Below, piece after piece: positions 25,124 to 35,088 of a DNA stretch of 64,000 nucleotides; the stretch's first letter is position 1, and each line of letters opens with the position of its first letter. The stretch spans positions 189,844,001 to 189,908,000 of the forward strand of contig OZ038378.1 of NCBI GenBank assembly GCA_964036045.1, given 5' to 3'. The notes under the pieces were generated by a model. It was not told the DNA's origin and did no database searches. It saw nothing but the letters and a program-made list of their open reading frames with translations. Source of the stretch: Eutreptiella sp. 'Long Island Sound 2002'. Taxonomy: Eukaryota; Protista; Euglenida. The position numbers and the translations under genes are program-made.

Positions 25124-26699
25124 TCTTGTGGTAGTTGCATGTGGCTATTGATAACGTGTCTAGACAAGGCACAATGCAGCATCAAAAAACATGCTGGATG
25201 GCAACACATGCCATCTTCTTACTTCATGAGAGTGGAGTAGAGGGGTTCTATGGCAAAAGCAAGACTACCAAAAGCACCCAAAATTACCACATTTCTCTTG
25301 CAATTGTGGTTCAATGCCTTCTTGCTTGGCAATCAACTCCAAAACGGCCAACCCCAATATTTGCACCAACTATGTGTGGCACATAACAACAAGCAGAGCA
25401 CCCTATGTGAATTGGCCAAATTACATACCTACACCACAAGCAAGGGTGGCACAAAAGCCATCCAATGGACAATGATTGCAAAGTGGTTTGTGTCCATGAT
25501 TCAACCAACCCTTCTCTACGTAGCATCCCCGCGAACAACACATTCCACAATGAATCATGGACAACCCATGCCACACCCATGATGTCCATCCACATTCATG
25601 ATGTAGATTGCCAGCAATCTTGGCTTCCCCCACATAACATTCCACAATATCGGCACAGTCCGTGATATAGCTAGTTGACGTGAGGTTCCGGAAATAGCAT
25701 GCCTCCAACACATATAATTAAAGCACCGAGCCCGGAACTATAACATGCAGTGGCTCCTCCCAATCATTACGGAGCACTGCCTCAACTTCTTGCAAAGATT
25801 CGCTAAATGAGCCATGGTGTGTGTTGTACAGAGTGACGAATGATTGTTCGAATGATTGTTCAGCACCAACACCACGGCAGCCGGTGTGATCCATTCAATT
25901 CCATCCACTCAATAGATGGTAGGTGACTTTAGTGCAAGGTGTCACAAAAACAATACCAGACGGAATTGAACTAGGTCCCCAAAGCAAGGAAGAGTGAAAA
26001 AAAAATTCTTTGTGGTTTCCAAAAAACAGTCAAAAATTTTTTTGATAGAAAAATTCTTTATGAAGAAAAAGAAAGCTTTCTTCTACTATTTTTTTTTCAC
26101 CGAGTCAAAAAAAAGTGCCTTTGTAGTAAGCTTTTTACTGAGTAGAAAAAATTTTCCGGAATATGGTAAAAGTTAGTTGCAAACTATTTTTAACTAAGTT
26201 TCATGAAAATTGCTTGGGGTATGATGCATTGCCCCGAATGCCATGCTATGTCCAAAAGGGTGGGCTATTACAAATGCTTGGACATTGATTAAGTGTTGCT
26301 CAAGCCAAGCTATGTCTACAGGGGTGGGGGCTGTTAAAAATTTGTTTGGGGTGGCGTTAGACATGGTTCTGCTTGCGTCCATCAAATAAGCCTAAAGCAG
26401 AACATTCTTCCATTTGAGGTGACCTCTGTATGGTATGTACTCTTGACATATAAGAATCCCCAGAAGCCGGGGCCGTGGAGCGTGAGAATGTGGACAGCGG
26501 AGCAGGGGAGAGGAATCGGGAAAAGATCCAACAACAGCAAATTGATTTTTAATGCACTGATGCATGCGTTCGTTTGTACAAGCTGGGATCAATACCCTGT
26601 TTCGCACTTGGCTAGCATTCGGCGTCTGTGGTAAAACTCAGTAAGAGCGTTAAACAAAAAATTAAGTAAGTTTTGCCCCCCCCACCTCCGAAAGCTTCG

Positions 26700-26915
26700 T
26701 CTCAGGGGCACGGCATCGTAGTCCAACCATTTTAGCAACCCCCGGCCCCGTGGACATGGCTTGGTCTGATGGGCACTGCATCGGTTGTACAACCATTGTA
26801 ACAAGCCCCATCCCCTTGGACTTAGCTTGACCTCAGGGGCACTGCATCATAGTCCAAGCATTTTTGATGGCCCCCACCCCCTCGGACATAGCTTGGCCTT
26901 AGGGGCACTGCATCA
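26700..26915. repeat. Degenerate tandem repeat, about 66-bp unit, 3+ copies
   Basis: GGGCACTGCATC anchors near 26705, 26771, 26837 and 26903. Confidence 0.75.
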
Positions 26916-27539
26916 GAGTGCTGTATACAAGGGTTGTGTGGAGCCACGCATCACACAGCAGGGCGGCTCGCTCAGCAGCCGAACAAGGCATGGTGCCACT
27001 TGCCGCCTGTGCTATGTCTGGTCGAGGCCCAACCAGGTCACCTAGTTCAGCTGGCATAGCACAGGGCGCCTGGCCTTCAGCTGGCATGGCACAGGGCACC
27101 TGGCCAAGGGGTACTGCGTTCGAGCCCGAGGGGGCTTGTAATGTAATTGCTGGAGCCTGGAGATCGCCCAGTAATTCTACCTATACCCACACCAAATTTT
27201 GGGTTCCAAGAATGGTCCAAAGAAATCTGGCCTTGAGGAAAATTTCGGTTTTTTCCTTCTCCAACTATATTGGTGAAGGGGAGAGGGGCGACTGCAGGGG
27301 TGGGCGGGGGTTGGTTTGGTTTGGTGGCAGTGCAGAGGGGGGGGGGGGGGTAGAAGGGGGACCCCATGCCAAAATAGCATTCTCATTTGGGCCAGCAAAG
27401 GCATTGAGCGTTCCTACGGACGTCGCAGGAGCCCCAGTTTACATGCCTCTGAAGTGCCTGAGCACTGTCTGCGCGTCCGTTGACCTGGGGGTATGCGGGC
27501 ACAAAGGCTGATTGCTGCCGACTTCCCCCTCCAAAAGTG

Positions 27540-27772
27540 CATGTACCCGTGCGATTGGCTGCATATGCCCGAAGCTCCGCCAGAATTGCCGTGGGGAAGA
27601 CGATCGGAAAGAAGGACATGAAATCGCGGTGGTCTGCTGGATCAAACACGCCATTGGCCTTGGCGACCCACGACCTGCATCCGTGCGGAAATGAGACCTC
27701 ACCTGTACGCTGGGAGGTGCATTCCAGCACAGGCTCAAGGATGCGCTTGGTGCAGTAATTTGGTGCAGACAT
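27540..27772 (-). pseudogene. Possible piggyBac-like transposase N-terminal remnant
   Basis: DFMSFFPIVFPTAILAELRAYAAN resembles the DFF-LFFP..LL..TN-YA motif. No DDD core or TTAA-flanked TIRs found. Confidence 0.2.
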
Positions 27773-30700
27773 GTGCGTACTGAACTACCACTCCCAGGTT
27801 CCAAGTGGCTAGCCAAATTGCACAGCTTCCGGATTGTTTGGGTTGCATATAGGCCCACAAGGGGAGGGTGTCAAAGGCGCAAGAAAATTTGTTTGATCAG
27901 GGACAGGGATCAGGGACGCTCCTATGCAGTGGAAGTTGTCCTCATTCAGACTGCATTGGAACCCGCACTGCACAATGTCACCGGGTAGCAACTCTTGCTC
28001 CATTGGGGATGAACAGAAGCGGTCGGTAGGACCGACGGTCAGCCCACAGGGTGGTACCACCTCGCCTGTAAGCGCGGCTCTGCACGTGATTCAGCTGCAA
28101 CTTCACTGCGATATCCACTGCACAAACGGCGCCTGGCAAATGTTCAAACCACACGCCAATGTACGCGACTTGCACACACAGCCCATGATGCCCGGCGGTA
28201 CCAGGCAACCGGCTGCAATAATGCAATGCATTGCACAGCGGACACCGGTACGGGACGCAGGATCAGGAGTCGCAAATGCGCAGCTTCTGACATACCGCCC
28301 GGTGCCGTACCGATCAAGGTCTGCAAAATGGAACCAGAGTGGCCGCCCATGGGGATCGAACACGGCCTCGCATGTCAACGGTCTCACAAAATAGGCATCA
28401 GTGTCCATCCACATGACATACTGCAGGGGACAGCAAGAGGCATGATGGAAACGGCAAGGCCTTGACAGCCGGGGGGGTAGACCGGATATGCGGACGTGGC
28501 GTCCACCAGCAGTAGCAGTTAACACACACAGTCCGCGTGGAGAGCCACGACAGCCGCGGGGTACGACCGTTGGCAAATATCACACACAAAAAGACTATTC
28601 CGTCACAATTCAAAAAGCCATGGCCCGGGGGACGACGTCGACCACCGGCGGGGCCGAAAATGGTCGCATCAAGTGTACTCCATGCGCCCCATGGGCTGTA
28701 GCAATACGGGGAGCGGTTCAACCAGACTCAAACGGCAGAGGTGTGGCAGCATAAGCTGCCGATGTGGAGCAGGAGACAAGCGACATGTCGGCGGAGTGCC
28801 TCCCACTGACGGGGGTCAGACAACAGTGGCCCAGCCCAGCCCAGCGACAGGGGCTTTCCGCCAAGCAAACTGCGCCCCAAAAAACAACATGCCCGGGTTC
28901 TTTCGGTGCCTCCCCGCAGATCCCCCCACACCACCGTTGAGTTGGACAACAAAAACGTCATTTTTGAGCTTTTCAGAAAGAGGACAACCCACTGATCATG
29001 TCCTTTGTGCGTGGTACGAAGGTCAGAGGGTGACCAACAGCGATTGGAGGGTAATCTGCGGCAATCGGAGGATGACTGGCCTCCGATTCTTTGATCGGTT
29101 CTTTGATCGGGCAGGTCTGCCGCGAAAGAAAAGTAAAAGAATGTGCCGAAAGACCGCCCGGTTTCCTTGGGGAAGTGTATACTCGACACCAGCCGGACGC
29201 AACCCCTTCATACCAGAGGCAATTCCCACCTTCCGCAAAGCAGTTCAGCCCTGGCCCCGCGCAGACGTCAATTCAAATCTAGAGACGCGTCTGCGCAGCC
29301 CACTGCCCCTGTGTCACACCTGGGCGAGCGTCAGGCCGAGAATGGCCAGAAAGGATGAGGTGAGGCACGGCAGCCGAAAGTCAGCGTTGGAGGGGGGGGG
29401 AGGGGGATGGCTTGGGTTGGCTGAGCCCAGAATCCCGTGATCCGACTGCATGACGGCACTTGTGTCTGAGCCCGGCATGGCTTTCACATATTCCAGTGCA
29501 GACACCACGAGTAAGCCCAGCCCCATCCAAGCACGGGCTCCCCGTCTGACCAAAGTTCCCCATGACCTCAGCCGTGCCTGCACACCAAGGGACGGGTTCA
29601 TATTTGGGCTCGGGGATTTTGGGGGATTTCCCTGTCACACCAGTTCGGGGCAGCCAGAATCGCTAGACTTTCGGTGTAACCTCCTGGCACTGGGATGCCG
29701 CTGCTTGTGAGCGCCCCAGCTTTTTAGATGAGGACTCCAGCAGCAGGACTCGCATGCTCTGTGGCTAGCGTGAGCGTGGTTGTCATCTGCATCCCCTTCT
29801 GCCAAGGTTTCCACTCTTCCCGTACTTGGGAGATCCTCCGCTACATCCACCAGCACTGCCTCGTCAATTGACACCTCCGTGTTTGTGTGGGTGTGCATCT
29901 GCGCACGCGTGTGCGTGTGGCAACTGCCAATTGCCCCGCCGTGGGGAACGAGTTCAATGGCCCTCAGTGCAGTCTTGTTCGCAAGCATTGCCAGAGCGGG
30001 TTGCGCCTTCAGGTCCCTTTCGCTCGTTGCCTGGGTGCCCTTTGGTTCCTGCCCCCGATATTCACGCGAACGAGGCGGCACAAGGTCGTCGATTGGGAGC
30101 GTTTCTTCGAGAGACGCATGAGCAGACCAAAATGGTGTAGTGGTGGGACCACATGAAGCAGGGCGACAACTGAGAGAAGGGGTGTTGGAAATTTCACCAA
30201 TTTCGTCGTGGGAGAGGCCACGCAGAGGGTATGGAACTTCATGTTATGACGTGCTACAGAGCATAAGCAGGAGAAGTGCCATGGTCCACGGTGGAAATAT
30301 CTTGTGCTTACAGGCAGCAATCGAAACCATACGAACATGCAAACATGCGGGCACACGAATGATGTGGGGCTGGTACCCTCGAAACCATTGGCACCGTTTT
30401 TCATTCCCTGTCACCGCAATGCCAAACTGGCGTGCAAGGCTTAAAAATCGCCCCAAATGGCCAAGCTCTACTCGTTTGGCTCTTCTGGATAGATTTCACA
30501 GGCACTGCCTAGGACTTATTTCCACCCAAGGGGGAGGGTCTAGCCCAGGAGGCAGTGATTCACTCACCATGGCACAAGGAAATCCGATGCCATGCAACAA
30601 AGCAGACCGAACAAGCATTATTGTGAGAATAGGAGCATGCCTAAAAAGGCAGCCCTGATGGCCTATCCCTACCCAAGGCGGGTGGGGAGGCACCCACCAT

Positions 30701-31040
30701 TTGGAACAATCCAGGCATCCCCCCCCCCCACACCCCCTACTGGGGTTAGGGTGTCCGCTCCATTTAAAAAAACAAGGTTTGTTCTCGGCATACCTCTGCA
30801 TTGGTGAAATTGTCGGACCAAAAAGGGATCCAATTTGCGGCCCGCTTCCATGGTGAACCTCGACGTTGTTTCCGCTTGGCGGTAGGCGGCGGCAAGACCC
30901 CAAAAAGAGAAGAGCGAGTGTGCAGGAAAGATCTGCCCGCCACGTGCTTTGCATTTGGAAGACATGCCACTATTTACCTCCGGCTAGAAGTGGAAATTGA
31001 GGAGCAGCTTCAATCTGCCATCTTCAATCAACCTTCATTC

Positions 31041-31115
31041 TGCACCGTCACTCTGTACCGTCACTCCATACAGCCACTCTATACCGTCACTCTATATGTC
31101 ACTCTACACGATCAC
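31041..31115. repeat. 13-bp minisatellite, about 6 copies
   Basis: TRYACCGTCACTC units. Confidence 0.8.
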
Positions 31116-33567
31116 AGTATCGCACCTACCCTGGAGGGACGTTCCCTAGATCCGCGTATCACTACACTGCAAGGCGTGTCGTGTCGGATAGCCTCCCAGC
31201 GAGATGGGGACAATGAATCATCAGCGTTGGACCTTTAGCAGCAAACGTTCCTTTCCTGATGCCGGTATCTCTTGTTCATGTTATACAACCCCCCCCCCCC
31301 CATCGAATTGCAACAATCCTTCGCATGGCACACACGAAACGTGTTGCTGAGAGCCCTACGTATGCGTCAGTTCATCGGGGTGTCACAATACCACCAATGA
31401 ACATAAGTTAGAGTGGTCACATGCACTACAAGCACTCCGGTCCATGAACTGTCGCCCACCACCCCTACCCCGCTTCAATTTGCCCATTCGTCAACCTGGA
31501 CACTATTCAAATGCGTCGTCCTAATACACCATCTCTGAGAGGCCATATGGGCGATTTGTGTGTTATGAATGCCAAGACTGCACGTGCGCCGCCAAGCCAA
31601 TAAGTTGACGTCGTGCCGTTTGTAGTCGTTGAGTTGTCTATGTGCAGGGTGATGATCCGAAATTGGTCTGTTTTCCATCATGGTTGCCCACGCACCCCGT
31701 CCTGGGCTCCCGCAAGAGTTGGTTCAAGAGATGCAACATACCATGGATGGTGGCAGTCACGGATTGCGGCAGCAATTTTGCGATGCCATTGACATCGGTA
31801 GGTGGACAAATCAGATGCAAAATGCCATAGCAAGGCATAAATTCCACGAAACTTTGCAACCAGTAGGATAACATCACCCATATTCTAAGCCCTACACAGA
31901 TGGCCGATATGGTAGAAGTGTTGAAAAAAATGACCCTCTTCCGAGCGCGAGTGCCTATTCACCACGTACCTAGGGCGTGAGAAACACACCTGTGAAGATG
32001 AAGACATCCACGTTACCGAAAGGACACGGCAAGCCATCGTATGGATTGATATGCAGTTTCTTGGGCTTCAGTGCAAATATCCTTGAAACGAATAGCGAAG
32101 TGTATGAACCGCTTGGTCGCGTGTTTCCCAGGAAAACACAGAGAGTACAAGGCAAACTGTTCACAATTGAAGCAAAAGACTCTTCAGCGGGCTGCCCATG
32201 CAACAAGATGGCAAGTTCATCTCGACACACAGTGACCTTCGCCTGTTCGCATGACATTAGTGGCATCCCGAGCGAACCGTATCGACTTGTTATTTATCGC
32301 ATATTGGAGGGGGTGGGGGGTTGAGGCTAGCCCCTTGAGTAACATGTTTTACCTGGTTGTCATGCTTGCTAGCCGTTTTGAGTAACATGGAGACGGGGGG
32401 GGGCGGAGGCAGATGAGGGGTTGCGGGCTGCACGCAACGTAATATGCTATGACACAATTGATCACAACAAGTGGGGCACCCTCACCACCAAACCAATATC
32501 ACACATATGTTGGGGATGATTTGTGTTTGGTGATACACTGAGTAGTACTGCTGTATTTGGCTTGGTGTCCTTGTTTCCTTGGCATTAGTTCTGTGTGTAT
32601 GTGGAGGGCCAGTCGGTGAGCAATCGGAAATGCATTCCTTTCTGCCATTATAATGTTTTGGCTTTGTTGTGAGGCAGGTGACCACGAAGGGCCGGTCACA
32701 AGGCAAGCGGAGATATGTACCCGTGGTGTGGGGCAAATGGCCCCGCAAAATGGCCACCCCCAAGGTCATGAAGTTAGCGGTTGGGGCTTTGTCACAATGG
32801 CTTCATGAATGGGCAAACTCTCGTTTTGCATGATAGCAAATGTCTTTCCTTTCCGCAAGCCTATCATGGGAGCTTTATCACGTACACCCATAGGTTGGAC
32901 GCAAAAGAATGGATGGGGGCCCAAAGAACACGTGTGTGAGGCTCCATATGTAAGTTATGCCTCTCAGCCAACAGGGTTTCAATGATGAGACTGGATGTTG
33001 TTTGTCCTAAGTTAATCGGGATGCTTGGCGTCATAAGGGCGTTACAGCAAAATGTCCAATAGTGGCCGAGAAAAAGTCTTGTAATGTCCTAGGACTTCAG
33101 GTCCCGACCTCTTGGGATCAGTCTTCTATCAATGTCCCAAAAGGCTCGGCTTCGCAAGTCTATGAATGTACTAGAAAGCCCAAACTTCGATTTTGCTGTG
33201 CATCAATTTTTGCTATTGCCAGCGGCTGTTAATAGATTTACAGCCGCGTTCAAATTTTGGGGTTTTCTCTTGGCTGCCGCCGAGTTTTCGGGACCGGATC
33301 GGGTTTGGACGTCCTGGCAGCTGCACTGATGGGGAATGGGATCCCAGGTGGGGGGGGAGAGGATTTGCCAGGGGACCCTAGATTTAGCTGCCTGAAGTAG
33401 ATGCATTTTGGGGTTGCGTCAAATTTTCATTGTAAAAAACTTTACACTTTGGTTACACACTGGCAGTGATGCTGGCGTTTTTGCTTATAGATTTGTCCTA
33501 GTACGGTCGAAATTTTAAAAAAAACAAGGCCGGGGTGGGCGCCCCGGCTCGATATCCTCACAAATTA

Positions 33568-33772
33568 CCATGCAGTGGGATGTAATGCATAAGCCATAGG
33601 AGTGATCTAGCCATTTAGCTCTTCGTATGACACGTGATACATTCTGGTTGATTGAAAAACGCTATCACTTGCTCACAGTTTATGGGCGCAAGCCACTATT
33701 GTTCATGCTCCGCTTGCCGTGCCATTGACGAGATCTTCCAGTCTGCGTGTCATTGTCTAGAACTCCCTGTAG
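33568..33772 (+). repeat. 5' pseudo-LTR
   Basis: Matches 39218-39422 (offset 5650) with two mismatches seen. Confidence 0.93.
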
Positions 33773-33896
33773 TATCACACGTTTGACGGAGTAACACCGT
33801 CATACTACCTCAACTCCTCCAAGGCCACGACAAGTCTCGCCGCCTTCGTGTACTATTTACTATTTTTTGGTCCTCACTCGTTTGGTGAACGACACA

Positions 33897-35087
33897 ATGC
33901 CGGGAAAAGGTGACCACGCTTCGAAGAAATATGAGCCTACGGCGGACACGGTTTGCGGTTTTTGCGAGGGTAAAGGACACTTCATGTACCGATGCCCGGA
34001 GAGAGCGAAGCGTTGCAAAGACGTGAATTCCGACGGCACGTATAAGAAGCGGCAAACTTGCTTTAATTGTTTGGGACCTCACAAATTGGCACATTGCACA
34101 CAAGACCTCTATTGGTGGCGCATATCCAAAAATAAGAAAAAGTTCTTTGAGGCACTTGACAACGGCACGGAATTTGTTGGCATCGCCGCGTCGCCTACCC
34201 AACCTCCATCTATGCCGCCGCCCGCCCCAGTTACACCGTCCAAGTTTGATATCCATGTACGTGCGAAAACCTCATGGACCGATTCACGCTTGACTAGCTT
34301 TAAGCAAGATTTCGAAACTCAAGAGTATCAAAACACATTTGATGACCACGTCTTGGTTGTTCATGGTGTGCCGGAAAAGGAGGTTGGCAAATTGATGTGC
34401 CAAATTCGTGATGGCAAAGATGCGGATGGGGAATCATGGGATGATGTATCACGAAAAGCCATCCAAGTTGCTACCACTCCTTTTGTTGATGCCTCGTCTA
34501 CCTCGAGCTCTTTTGATCAACGGACCGAGGACCGATTCAAGGCTATCGAGAGCACCCAAGAGGAATTGAAAGGCCAAGTCTCGGACATCCGTTCGTCGGT
34601 TACAAGTTTGGAGAGGAAAATTGACACGAATCAACAATCCGTGAACTCAAAGTTGGACATGTTGATCAATAGTATGACCGGTTCTCCCGCAAGTCCGCCC
34701 GTCACCCCGAGCAAGGAAAAGCACAACACCGCCGGTAAAGCGACGGATTCATCGGCTTCATCGAGATCCCGAGACCGTATGTCCGTTGATGAGAACACTA
34801 ACGAAACACCTGCCCATTTGACTATCAACACCGGTGACAAGGCTTGGGCCGTTTGGGGTGTGGGTTCCACGTGCCATATGGATGAAATCCAAGTGTGTTC
34901 GTACGGCGAGGAGCGGGATGTCCCGGGCTATCTTGTACAACTATGCAAGCAAGGCACTTGTGTGGGCACACCATTCTTTGTAGAGTCTGGACATGTTTGC
35001 ACTGATAGAGAGAGTGCGGTACCTATCTTTGAACGTTCACGTGGCGCGAAACGCCAAACACGTGGAAGTAGCCGTCAACCCCGTTGA
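33897..35087 (+). CDS. PLE ORF1: zinc-knuckle, coiled-coil nucleic-acid-binding protein
   Basis: First ATG at 33897. CGFCEGKGHFMYRC (CX2CX4HX4C), CFNCLGPHKLAHC (CX2CX3HX4C) and heptad segment FKAIESTQEELKGQVSDIRSSVTSLERKI. Confidence 0.85.
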   Translation: MPGKGDHASKKYEPTADTVCGFCEGKGHFMYRCPERAKRCKDVNSDGTYKKRQTCFNCLGPHKLAHCTQDLYWWRISKNKKKFFEALDNGTEFVGIAASPTQPPSMPPPAPVTPSKFDIHVRAKTSWTDSRLTSFKQDFETQEYQNTFDDHVLVVHGVPEKEVGKLMCQIRDGKDADGESWDDVSRKAIQVATTPFVDASSTSSSFDQRTEDRFKAIESTQEELKGQVSDIRSSVTSLERKIDTNQQSVNSKLDMLINSMTGSPASPPVTPSKEKHNTAGKATDSSASSRSRDRMSVDENTNETPAHLTINTGDKAWAVWGVGSTCHMDEIQVCSYGEERDVPGYLVQLCKQGTCVGTPFFVESGHVCTDRESAVPIFERSRGAKRQTRGSSRQPR

Positions 35088-35088
35088 T

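Noticed and set aside
28673-29440. 255-aa ORF
   Set aside because: Partly protein-like, but I recognise no domain or splice structure. It needs a homology search before any call.
31475-31881. DIRS-type RNase H remnant (LHIDNST)
   Set aside because: A single short motif, with no neighbouring RT or recombinase motifs.
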